From Octopus vulgaris (lineage: Eukaryota), in assembly GCA_951406725.2 (NCBI GenBank), contig OX597834.1, forward strand, positions 13,950,001-14,014,000: DNA of 64,000 nucleotides, read 5' to 3'. How positions within the stretch are numbered: position 1 is the first letter of the stretch; the number at the start of each line of letters is the position of its first letter. A program made the position numbers and the translations under genes. This document shows, piece by piece, positions 14,735-26,723 of this stretch. The notes below the pieces were generated by a model. That model ran no database searches, was not told the DNA's origin, and saw only the letters and a list, made by a program, of their open reading frames with translations.

Positions 14735-14932
14735 TTTGTGATCTTACCTCGATTGGCTCGCCACACACCTGTGAAATTTTAACGTAGGATCTCTCACACC
14801 GATGCAATAGGGACACATGTCTATCATTAAGTAAGTGTAATGATAGACATATGTCCGTATTGCATCGGTGCGAGAGGTCCTACGTTAAAATGTCACAAAT
14901 GTATGGTGAGCCAATCGAGGTAAGATCACAAA
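14735..14932. repeat. Imperfect inverted repeat (~94-bp arms, ~10-nt loop)
   Basis: tttgtgatcttacctcgattggctc...tgtctatcatta / taatgatagaca...gagccaatcgaggtaagatcacaaa; about 9 substitutions. Confidence 0.9.
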
Positions 14933-15054
14933 TATATACATACATACATATGTGTGTATATATGTATCGTCGCCTTTTTCAAGCCTAGCCAGGCTCATGG
15001 ACGCGGTTTCCGGTTTCTATTGCGTATGTGTTCCCCAGTCCATCGCAGCGTTAC

Positions 15055-15232
15055 TCAAGTAACAGGAATAGAGAGTGTGAGTACAACAGGGCTCACCACC
15101 CCACTCTGCCGCAGATTCGTGGAGCTTTTGGGTCTTTGGCACTCAATAAACACACACAAAGTATGGGAATCAAAACCGCGATCCTCCGAGCGCGAGTTCG
15201 CTGCCCTAACCACTGGGCCATTGCACTTCCAC
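15055..15232 (-). mobile_element. tRNA-derived SINE family C
   Basis: Minus strand ggaagtgcaatggcccagtggttagggcagcgaactcgcg...gatcgcggttttgattccc...tgtttattgagt; homologous to 19231. Confidence 0.75.
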
Positions 15233-15244
15233 GTATGTATAATG

Positions 15245-15665
15245 TTTTACTTGTTACAGTCATTTGACTGCGGCCATGCTGTAGCACTGCCCTTAGTCGA
15301 GCAAATTGACCCCAAGTCTTACTTTTTGTAAGCCTATTCTTATTCTATGAGTGTTTTGCCGAACCACTAAGTTAGAGAGAGGTAAACACACCAGCATCGG
15401 TTGTAAAGCGATGTTGGTGTACAAACAGACACACGAACATATACACGCACACACACACACATGTATTCTCTCACTCTCTCATACACACACATATATATAT
15501 ACGACGGGCTTCTTTCAGTTTCCGTCTAGCAAATCCACTAACAATGCTTTGGTCGGCCCGAGAATATAGTAGAAGACACATGCCCAAGGTGCCATGCAGT
15601 GGGATTGAACCTGGAACCATGTGGCTGGTTAGCAAGCTACTTACCACACAGCCATTTCTGCGCCT
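15245..15665 (-). mobile_element. CORE-type SINE family A
   Basis: Colinear with the other family A copies. Confidence 0.85.
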
Positions 15666-15690
15666 ATATGCACACAGCCACTTCTGCGCC

Positions 15691-15728
<38 letters not shown>

Positions 15729-15750
15729 TCACACATGCATGCAAGTATAT

Positions 15751-15802
<52 letters not shown>

Positions 15803-16102
15803 GGGAGACCATGAAGACGTACTTCGCCAATCTTAAGGAGAAAACAAGGAGCGATAACATTTCAAAGAAGTAATCTCGTACGCTCCTTCTCCATATATTT
15901 CTAATTTCTTATCACCTTTGATTTGTTACATCGTCATGATTCATTTGCAAACGATTCAATAACATGGGAAATGTCTTTCAGTATATAAATTCTCTCTTTT
16001 TTTCTCGAGTAATTGCGCAATGCAGCTTAGTATTGAAACATCTATTCTAGTCTTTGATAATTTTATTTCATTATATCCGGGCTTCTGCTGAATATATGAC
16101 CA

Positions 16103-16163
<61 letters not shown>

Positions 16164-16260
16164 AATATATATATATATATATACATACATGCATACATAC
16201 ATACATACATGCATGCATGCATACACACATACACGCACACACACACACACACACACGCAC

Positions 16261-16317
<57 letters not shown>

Positions 16318-16322
16318 CATAT

Positions 16323-16362
<40 letters not shown>

Positions 16363-16366
16363 TCTA

Positions 16367-16403
<37 letters not shown>

Positions 16404-17299
16404 TTCAAACAGCCTTAGGGGAAAACAGTCTTATGTATAAATTTTATGAAATGTATACAATGTTAGAACTGCTCTGCCTGTAATATTCCAATACAACGGA
16501 TACTCGCTATGCTTATGCAAAATACAGATCACTGCCGAGAAATATGTAGGATTGCCACACGAAGACTAAGTCCTTTTATCGTCAAATCCAACACGAATTA
16601 CCTTGCTATCAGAACCTAAACCGAAAATATTTGTTTCTATATGCACATCATTAAACGAAACAGGAACTCCTTCTACGAATATTCTTCAGCGTAGAATGTA
16701 AGTTATATACGCAATTGAAAGATCTTAAGTTTAAAATGCCAGGATTTATAATACTCATATTATGTATGTCAACCAGGAATTTCTCTTGCTGTATTTCTTT
16801 GTCTTCGAGATACTTTTGAAAAATTCTTCTGGACAAAATCATGTATTTACGCACACACGGCATTTTGAGCTTATTTGCTCTAAGATATTCTAAGTCCGGA
16901 CGAAAATATATAGAACAAATCATGGTCTGGTGGATTCAAAATCCACGAACAGATACGGGTAGTCAAAACCGTTTCGACACTTTAATACACAACCTTCCAG
17001 CCCATGTCCGCCAAAATCCGTGGTTACTTTGGCTGACTTAATGATACGCTTGCTGTCAAAAAGTTACTATCCATATTTCCAACCAAACAGTACCCCGAAT
17101 GGTACGACATTGTATTCAGCGTAGACTACAATGCATTTGCTTCAGATGTGAAGTGTAAGAGTAAGATTGCAAATAGAATAAATGATTGTTGTTTTCTTCC
17201 GAAAGCCATATTTTCGTCTCCAGTATTTGAAATTAAAGGCCAACCAGCAGGAATAAGGGTTTCAAATTTTTAAACAAAATTTTGGAGAAGGGATTAGGC

Positions 17300-18167
17300 C
17301 TGTTATACTGACTCCAAAATGATGAATGGCAAATTCAACCTCGGTGGAATTTTGATCTCAGAACATAGCGGTTGACGAAATACCTGTTTCTTTATGATCC
17401 ACAAGGAGCTAAACACAGAGGAGACAAACAAGGACAGACAAACGGATTAAGTCGATTACATCGACACCAGTGTGCAACTGGTACTTAATATATCGGCCTC
17501 AAAATGATGAAAGGCAAAGTCGACCTTGGCGGAATTTGATCTCAGAACATAGCGGTTGACGAAATACCTGTTTCTTTATGATCCACAAGGAGCTAAAAAC
17601 AGAAGGGACGAACAAGGACAGACAAAGGTATTAAGTCGATTATATTGACTCCAGTGCGTAACTGGTACTTATTTAATCGACCCTGAAATATGAAAGGCAA
17701 AGTCGACCTCGGCGGAATTTGAACTCAGAACGTAGCGGCAGACGAAATACCTATTTCTTTACTACCCACAAGGGGCTAAACACAGAGGCGACAAACAAGT
17801 ACAGACAAAGGTATTATGTCGATTACATCGACACCAGTGTGTAACTGGTACTTAATATATCGACCTCAAAATGATGAAAGGCAAAGTCGACCTTGGCGGA
17901 ATTTGATCTCAGAACATAGCGGTTGACGAAATACCTGTTTCTTTACTACCCACAAGGAGCTAAACACAGAGGAGACAAACAAGGACAGACAAACGGCTTA
18001 AGTCGATTATATTGACTCCAGTGTGTAACTGGTACTTATTTAATCGACCCCCAAAAGGATGAAAGGCAAAGTCGACCTCGGCGGAATTTGAACTCAGAAC
18101 GTAACGGCAGACGAAATACCGCAAAGCATTTCGCCCGGGGTGCTAACATTTCTGTCAGCTCGCCGCC
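17300..18167 (-). mobile_element. SINE family B multimer: one head followed by ~4.5 tandem ~181-185-bp headless units
   Basis: Units start near 17316, 17501, 17685, 17868 and 18051; only the rightmost carries the ggcggcgagctg head (ends 18167). Confidence 0.9.
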
Positions 18168-19230
18168 TTCAGCAAGCAGGAATTATGACGGCAATCCACT
18201 TCTCCAAAGCACTAAAAATTTTCAAGTTATTAAACCCTGTGAATTTACATACGGATGTGTAGATATTGCCCATTTTATTAATTGTTTAAGATGTTAATTA
18301 AAAGACTCTCATAACATAGTTTTATCGTGCTGAATATTATGGTTATAAGGTAAATTATTGTGTGTGTGTTTTGATTTCTATGGTGCACGTTAGAAATTAT
18401 TTGATTTTGTCATAGATTTTCGGACAAAGTTTTGGTTAGATTTTCGATTGCTTTATTATGTGGTACGGCTTTCAAGCGAAACATTCGAATTGGATTCGTG
18501 ATGTTAAAAACTTACGACTATGTGTTCAAATAATTTTTACATTGTTACATTAGCTGATGGCGCAACGCTCCACCACATATGACGGAGTGAATAAAATAAT
18601 AGGTGAAATATATACGTTATTAGGCTAAATCAGAGACGTTTGTAATTAGTTATAAGATGATTTGAAATCAGCTAACATTTACTTTAGATCTCTATGCTTA
18701 CAGGTTCTTAAAAAGGATGTTCATCAGCCAGGTAATTTAACGTTGGATACGGGCGTACATTCAACGAATATTTATGACTATAATCGAAGGTTAGAAATCG
18801 TATGTAGAATCAGTAGAGCAGAAAAGAGAATACCTTGTGAAATACATTTACGTGCCATTGAGTTCTGAGATCTGTGGCCTAGAGATTCGAGATTTTCTTT
18901 CATCTGTTCCACGGTCGATAAAATATGTACCGGCCAAGCACTTTCAATGATCTAATAAACCATACGCTTCCACAGATTCCGGATATACATGATTGCAGTG
19001 AATGTGTAGGTATTAGGAGTATCGTTGTGGTACTGTATTGAAAAACTTACGCTAATGTTTCCGGATCTCTGTGTAATAAGATCAAATCCCGATTAGTACA
19101 AATTCCATATAGGCAGTATCGTTATTTCCCTGTGTAACAGAAACTTACGTAAGGAATCCGCATCTCTGTGCAATAACATCAAATCTCGCTTAGGACAGGT
19201 TTGCGTTTTAGGGGTGTATAAATAAAATGT

Positions 19231-19540
19231 GGAGGCGCAATGACCCAGTGGTTAGAGCAGTGGACTCGCGGTCATAGGATCGCGGTTTCGATTCCCAGAC
19301 TGGGCGTTGTGAGTGTTTATTGAGCGAAAACACCTAAAGCTCCACGAGGCTCCAACCAGGGGGTAGTGGCGATCTCTGCTGTACTCTTTCGCCACAACTT
19401 TCTCTCAATCTTTCTTTTGTTGGCCTGCTCGGTTAGCCAGCGGGGTGGCGTCATTTGAAGGCTAAAACAATGCGAAGTGCATTGTGACCAGCGATGGGTA
19501 GCAACATCTGATAGCCTGGTTTGACACGGTGACACGGTGA
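19231..19540 (+). mobile_element. tRNA-derived SINE family C, full length
   Basis: ggaggcgcaatgacccagtggttagagc (A box), ggtttcgattccc (B box), tail ending (cacggtga)2. Confidence 0.8.
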
Positions 19541-20019
19541 TAAATAACATATTCGTAAAAGTTGCTGTTGTGAAGAAACATTACTTACGAATAAACACTA
19601 AAAAAATGTATTCCAATGCTCCAGAAAACAAGGTGGACTTCGTTTCCACTATAACAAATGAAGTCCAAACTGAAAATATCTTGATTACTGAACATGAATT
19701 TAGTAAAGAGAAATACTGCGGATGCAGAATCAGGGACGAATATAAACTTGATCAGCGCAAGTGTAGATCTATTTCGTTTAATTTCATCGTGCATATTTTT
19801 CTTTTTTTTAATTTCGTGTAAATATTTGTGTGTCATAAATATTCAGTATCAAAAGAAATACATGTATTTTAATTCTATATAATTTCCAGGATTTGTGGTG
19901 ATAATGGATTGTCCATCCTTATTGTTAAGTTCTCTAGTTGCCAGATTTGTTAGAGAGTTGCTAAAATACTTTATTCCGATGGTTCATATGCTGATATCAA
20001 AACCTCTTGTATGCATAAC

Positions 20020-20420
20020 CAGTGCGTAACTGGTACTTAATTTATTGACCCCGAAAGGATGAAAGGCAAAGTCGACCTCGTCGGAATTTGAACTCAGAAC
20101 GTAACGGCAGACGAAATACTGCTAAGCATTTCGCCCGATGTGCCATTGTTTCTGCCAGCTCCAGGCCTTAACAAAATGTAATACATTGATATCATTATTT
20201 AAGTCGGCGTGATGTTAGCGATCTCGCAGACACGTTAGCACGCTGAACGAGATGATTAGCGGTGTTTCACCCGTCGCTCCGTTCTGAGTTCAAATTCCTC
20301 CCGAAGTCGACTTTGCCTTTCATCCTTTCGGGGTCGATTAAATAAGTACTAGTTGAACACTTGGATCGATCTAATTGATTCATCTCCTCCCCCAAAATTG
20401 CTGCCGCTGTGGCAAAATTT
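20020..20420. mobile_element. Divergent pair of SINE family B copies (minus 20020-20165, plus ~20225-20420)
   Basis: Both carry the gtcgactttgcctttcatcctttcggggtc domain, in opposite orientations. Confidence 0.8.
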
Positions 20421-20544
20421 GAAGCAAATTTATCAAAGTCATAACACTGATTTTTAAAAAATGTATCTGTGTAGGAGAAAATTCTTCTCAAAAGGAAGCC
20501 AAGAAAACATTTTAGAATTACAGTTAGATTTTTAGTTAGATGGG

Positions 20545-20880
20545 GGATTTAAGATGTTCCTTGGACAATTGTCTTCTACTATAGTATAGGGCCGACGAAA
20601 GCCTTGTGAGTGGATTCGGCAGATGGAAACTGAAAAGAAGACAATCGTATAATTATATTTAAATTCATATGTGTGAGTGAGTGTGTGTGTGTGTTCGACC
20701 TCGCGCCATCGATTGACAAAAGTTATTGGAGTGCTACGTGACCGCAACTTAGCGGTTCGGCAAATATACCAAGAAAATGAGTACTAGGATTACAAAAAAA
20801 AATCCAGAGGTGGGTTGGTTTTTTCGTATAAAGGCGGTGCTCCAGCATGACTGTATTCACACGAGAAACACAAGTAAAAA
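20545..20880 (+). mobile_element. CORE-type SINE family A, diverged and 5'-damaged
   Basis: ccttggacaattgtcttctactatag...agccttgtgagtggatt...ggtgctccagcatg. Confidence 0.7.
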
Positions 20881-21445
20881 TAATAAAAGAACACTCCCAG
20901 TTCACCATGCAGCGATCTCAAAGCTGCCAAGTTTCGAGATAACTGAAAGATGTAATTTATGGGAAACTTTTTTGGCATTTATTCTTTCAAGCATTTCATT
21001 CAGTTTTGCTAATTAAATGAAGAACAAGGAACGATTCCGCAAAAACATAACAGCAAGCTAACATCCTGCCTATGATACTTAAGATGAAATGAGCAATGTA
21101 ATGTGTAATACTTTAATATTTTAACCAAGATCTGAAGAAAATTACTTCACGTTGAACGATCTGGTTCCCTCTACAAAGCCTGCTTCAGTAGAGAATGTCA
21201 TCACTTCAAGGGACATTCTCGTATTCCAAAATCAAAGGACAGGAACAGGAGAGGTTTCTTCTATCATGTTACAACTATTCAGTTAAAGGCTCATCGCGTA
21301 TTGCAGCGAAATTTCCCGTTCACGCTTTTACGGCGGATATTTGAGACAAAGCGACAAACAAAGCCACGTTGAAAGACTCAAAGAAAAGATAACCAGTTGC
21401 CGATAATATAATGCAGAGTTGTTTCATGCATGTGAGAATAATATA

Positions 21446-21613
21446 GGCGCAGGAGTGGCTGTGTGGTAAGTAGCTTGCTAACCAACCACATGGTTCCGGG
21501 TTCAGTCCCACTGCGTGGCACCTTGGGCAAGTGTCTTCTACTATAGCCTCGGACCGACCAAAGCCTTGTGAGTGGATTTGGTAGACGGAAACTGAAAAGA
21601 CGCCCGTCGTATA

Positions 21614-21711
<98 letters not shown>

Positions 21712-21933
21712 TTTGTGTGTGTGTGTTTGTACCCCTAGCATTGCTTGACAACCGATGCCGGTGTGTTTATGTCCCCGTTACTTAGCGGGTCGACAAAAGA
21801 GACCGAGAGAATAAGTACTAGGTTTACAAAAGAATAAGTCTCGGGGTCGAGTTGCTCGATTAAAGGCGGTTCTCCAGCATGGCCGCAGTTAAATGACTGA
21901 AACAAGTAAAAGAGTAAAAGAGTAAAAGAGAGT
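21446..21933 (+). mobile_element. CORE-type SINE family A, full length
   Basis: A and B boxes, ccttgggcaagtgtcttc, (TA)n(TG)n centre, (AAAGAGT)n tail; a further partial copy at 21988-22120. Confidence 0.9.
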
Positions 21934-22122
21934 AAGAAACAAATTTAAGTTATGTCTCCACAATGACAAAATGTAATATATATATATAGCTTGCTTACCA
22001 ACCACATGGTCCGGGTTCATTCTCACTGCGGGGCACCTTGGGCAAGTGTCTTCTACTATAGCTTCGAGCCGACCAAAGCATTGTGAGTGGATTTGGTAGA
22101 GGAAAACTGAAAGAAACTCGTA

Positions 22123-22201
<79 letters not shown>

Positions 22202-22385
22202 ATATATATATATATACATACATATATATATACATATATGACAACAACAAGTAAATGAGTAAAATACTATATATATATATATATATATACATAAAGGATA
22301 AATTTATCTCAATTGATATGTCATGTAGAAGTGCTCAGTTAGACTAAGCTATAGAAAAATTGAGAAATACTAAGGAGAGATTATT

Positions 22386-22505
22386 GATAAGCTATCATAC
22401 TGTATCCAGTTTTCAAGTCATATGCACCAGATTACGTTCTAAATATATCTAAATATATATAAAAACATATATATATATATATATGTTATAAATATATATA
22501 GATAC

Positions 22506-22572
<67 letters not shown>

Positions 22573-22583
22573 ATATATATATA

Positions 22584-22630
<47 letters not shown>

Positions 22631-23057
22631 GTATATATATATATAATATTTTTGAAATGCATTAAAAATAAATAGATATCAATATATATTAAAATATATA
22701 TAAAAACTTTACGAAAATATATACACATAATATTATAGTAGGAAATTAAAATATTTCATTGTAAATCCAAAAGATTTGTAACTTGCTTATTATCTAGGTA
22801 TATAAAAATAAATATATATCATACTTCCAAATGGATTTATTTTTATATACACACATTTTTGGATTTGCAATATGTTATGTTCTCATTTCCTATTTTAATA
22901 TCGTTTTTTAAAGCGTGACTATATATTTTCGTACAGTTTTAATATATAGTAATATATATTTATATCTATATATTTTAAATGTATTTTATATGTAATTTTT
23001 TTAGCACATAATCTGGTGCATATGATTTTAAAACGGAATATATTTTGATAAATTATC
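22386..23057. repeat. Old degenerate fold-back (~670 bp)
   Basis: Nested inverted blocks: 22418-22434/23009-23025 (17 bp perfect), 22710-22723/22920-22933, 22759-22772/22857-22870, 22798-22812/22836-22850. Confidence 0.8.
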
Positions 23058-23118
23058 CTTTGTCATTCTATTTCTCTATCCCTCTCCTTAACTCACTCAT
23101 TCTCTCTCTCTCTCATAC

Positions 23119-23198
<80 letters not shown>

Positions 23199-23334
23199 CT
23201 TACAAATACCAATAATAATAATAATAATAATAAAATAAATTGTTTATGAAGTAGCATACCATTGTGTTTAATTCCTATATATACATATATATAATTAAAT
23301 ATATATTAAATTTAATTATATATATATAATATAC

Positions 23335-23378
<44 letters not shown>

Positions 23379-25093
23379 GGTATGTAGAAAAATACAACAT
23401 GGACAAGAACGTATAACTCTTAGAAGACGATACAATAAACACGGACAGGACATTCGAAACCCTCAGTCTTCAGTCAAGAACCGGATCATCGTAGTAATTT
23501 CGGCTGATATATATGTGTGTGTGTGTTTGTATATATATATATGTGTGTGTATGTGTGTGTGCCTGTGTGTATATATATACACATGTGGTTATATTTCTCT
23601 CATCTAGCGGTTCGGTAACCGGAACGATAGAATATGTCCTTTGCTGAAAAAAGAATAAGAACAGAACAAAATTTCTCCAACTAAAACCCTTCAAGGTAGT
23701 GCTACATTGCCGAAGAATTATCATTTTTATTTTTTTTTCCATTGGTTTATATAACTGCTCATATGAAGATTCTAGAAGTTTCGAAAAAAAATGTTTGTCC
23801 TGAATTTCGATTCTTTTTGGTCAGGTTGAGCAGTTATAAAAACCTTCGATTTGGGGAGAGACTTTACTGTTCGTTGGTGTCACTTAACTCCATGTCACTC
23901 ACTCTTTTGGAGATATCGGTAAATTTTATGCCACGTCCAAGTTAATCACAAATCTATTTTGCTTTGTTGGTTAACGTATTAGATAGAAAGAAGAAATTAG
24001 CTAAGGAAATTATAGTCGTTTTTCTTCACGTCTAAGTTATCTTTCTTCTTGTAAATAATATGAAATGTTATATATTTTAAATTAAAAGGAAATGTGTCTC
24101 TTCACGTTTGTTTTTCAACTGAGCATAGATAAATATGCATTTCCGTAATCTTTGATTTATGTTTCTTATAGCGGTTTAAAGGACACGATTAAAATACTCA
24201 ACGTACATTGTCGTTGATGTAGCGTTCCATGCGAATATGTCTATATGACGTTATAACTGTAGTTAGGGTTTTAGAGATAATTATAACACTTGAGTATAAG
24301 TGACGTTGAATCATTATATTCTCCCTTACTCAGAGAAAAGACAAAATAAATAATATAACCTAAGAGAAAGCTTAAGGTAGAATAAACCGAAAACCGCCGT
24401 AATATATATATATATATATACACGAATACACATATATTAGAAAGTGTTTTGCCATATAAATGAGCGCGTTTGTGAAATTACTTTTGCATAAACTCCTCAC
24501 ACACGTATGCAAACACATTAGATATGTTCATACGTCTGCGCGATTTTGAAGAGGAAAATTAAGGCAACAGTAAAAGAGAAAAATAAAGAGATATAGCGTA
24601 TATGGGAGCTTCATTTAACCCTAGACCTTCTTCAATGATGAAATAATATAAATGTATTCATGCGACTATAAAATATGTTTGCATGAGAAAATCCTATTAC
24701 TTTACTTCATATATATATATACATATATATATATGAAGGAAATGTTTAGGCCAAGAAATTTTCTGAAGCTCGATATTGCATTATGAGAACTATAAGACTC
24801 GGCAGATTCGCTTTGATACAGTAAATGATACGGACAATCGTGTTTCATCATGTTTGCTTTGCTGTTACGTCTTTGAAAGCTTTCAACTCATCGACCATAA
24901 TTCAGTTTACGACGAAGAATCTGCTGCCAAATGGGAATACACCACAAGCTGCAAAGTTATGCGTGGGTTTTACGTTTTAGATATCTGCAATAATTATCGC
25001 ACCTTCTGTCTGTTTCTCTCACTGTATTTCTCTGTCTGTGAATGTGTGTCTCACTCCGTCCGTCGCACATCTTTTCCATGCATTCATACATAC

Positions 25094-25149
<56 letters not shown>

Positions 25150-25160
25150 TATGTTATATA

Positions 25161-25570
25161 CTCTTTTCTCTTTTACTCTTTTACTTGTTTCAGTTATTTG
25201 GCTGCGGCCATGCTGGAGCACCACCTTTTAGTCGAGCAAATCGACCCCACGACTTATTCTTTGTAAGCCCAGTACTTATTCTATCAGTCTCTTTTGCCGA
25301 AGCGCTAAGTGACGGGGACGTAAACACACAAGCATCGGTTGTCAAGCAATGCTAGGGGGACAAACATACACACATATATACACACATATATATATATATA
25401 CATATATACCACAGGCTTCTTCTCAGTTTCCGTCTACCAAATCCACTCACAAGGCACTGGTCGGCCAGGGGCTATAGCAGAAGACACTTGCCCAAGATGC
25501 CACGCAGTGGGACTGAACCCGGAACGATGTGGTTGGTTAGCAAGCTACCTACCACACAGCCACTCCTGCG
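25161..25570 (-). mobile_element. CORE-type SINE family A with target-site duplication
   Basis: Flanked by the direct repeat tatatcgtatgttatata (~25143-25160 and ~25578-25595). Confidence 0.9.
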
Positions 25571-25597
25571 ATATATATATATCGTATGTTATATATG

Positions 25598-25640
<43 letters not shown>

Positions 25641-25852
25641 TTGAAATAGAAAGATGAATTTTCTTGTAACAGATTATTCAAAGGTTTAACCGATACCTGG
25701 GTAGCAAAAATCACAGCGGAAAACAGCACGGTTGGAGATAAGACCATTTGGTGTTGCAACCGTGCGTTGGAGCGGATAATTGAAGTTTAATATTATTAGT
25801 GAATGGAATAAATGGAGTTGAACGAAGATTGTACAGAATACCTTTTATTACA

Positions 25853-25932
25853 TTCTACACATGTTTCGAAGGCCACAAATTTCCAAATTCTGTTTAAATA
25901 AGGGTACCATATTGCGGCTTTCTCTTCAGGAA
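25853..25932 (-). ncRNA. Minimal type I hammerhead motif (left arm)
   Basis: ttc-CTGAAGA-gaaagccgcaa...ttgtggccttc-GAAA-C ATGT G-TA-gaa; the loop region contains the palindrome ACATGT. Confidence 0.7.
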
Positions 25933-26099
25933 AAAAAACAGGAATTCCGTTGACAGGACAAAACAAAACAGAGACACAGCAATTCGAACGAAGATGCTCC
26001 CAGAGCCCATGGCTGAACTCATGGGCTCCTAAGGAGCATCTTCGTTCGAATTGCTGTGCCTCTGTTTTGTTTTGTCCTGTCAACGGAATTCCTGTTTTT

Positions 26100-26179
26100 T
26101 TCCTGAAGAGAAAGCCGCAATATGGTACCCTTATTTAAACAGAATTTGGAAATTTGTGGCCTTCGAAACATTTGTAGAA
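26100..26179 (+). ncRNA. Minimal type I hammerhead motif (right arm)
   Basis: CTGAAGA 26103-26109, GAAA 26165-26168, C ATTT G TA, stem I ttc/gaa, AATAAA 26183-26188. Confidence 0.65.
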
Positions 26180-26236
26180 TGTAATAAAAGGTATTCTGTA
26201 CAATCTTCGTTCAACTCCATTTATTCCATTCACTAA

Positions 26237-26269
<33 letters not shown>

Positions 26270-26465
26270 ACGGGAAAGTTTACGAAGTTAAACAAAAGAC
26301 GAAGGCAGGTGGAGTACAAACAACGAAATGTATTAGTATAGTGTTCAGGAATAGAAATAGAAAAAGTCTTTTACGTTTCGAGCCTACGCTCTTCGACAGA
26401 AAGATACACAGAAAAAAACAAGGAGAGAAAAAAATGCGTGTAGGAGTTAACGGTCTATCATGGCA
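26270..26465 (-). mobile_element. PLE-like short repeat carrying an HHR-like motif (26367-26404)
   Basis: tcttt-CTGTCGA-A-gagc gtag gctc-GAAA-CG-TA-aaaga; flanked by (TA)n on both sides; homologues at 43310 and 44848. Confidence 0.6.
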
Positions 26466-26601
26466 TATATATATATAGAGGGAAAATAGTAAAAAGTGAA
26501 AAAACTACAGAAGGCTTGTTTTAAAAGGTTAAAAAATATATATTTGAGTCATTATGTCTGAAGAATGTTATAAATTTTTTTCAACAATGACATAGTTTTT
26601 G

Positions 26602-26641
26602 AAGAAATGACCGGTTTCGCGTTCAGCTTTTCAAATTTCTT
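26602..26641 (-). ncRNA. Minimal type I hammerhead motif, U3-A8 variant
   Basis: aagaaat-TTGAAAA-gc tgaac gc-GAAA-CCGG-TC-atttctt: 7-bp stem I, GUC site, palindromic ACCGGT stem III. Confidence 0.75.
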
Positions 26642-26686
26642 ACATCGTTATGTTTTCGTTGAGAAGTGTAAAGAAAAGTTCCAGAT

Positions 26687-26723
<37 letters not shown>

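Larger units (their letters stand above)
25790..26242. mobile_element. 453-bp near-perfect palindrome: inverted pair of PLE pLTR-like segments, one hammerhead per arm
   Basis: Arms of ~211 bp differ by two substitutions and one indel; inner stem gagcccatg/catgggctc; HHR followed by AATAAA in each arm, reading outward. Confidence 0.85.

Noticed and set aside
16560-17110. Possible coding relic
   Set aside because: Stops in all frames; only a faint LINE-like LPAHVR resemblance.
19231-19305. tRNA gene
   Set aside because: A and B boxes are present, but the sequence runs into a SINE body also seen at 15055-15232 and no convincing cloverleaf forms.
24776-25231. 151-aa ORF
   Set aside because: Non-ATG start, runs into microsatellite and SINE sequence, no recognisable domain.
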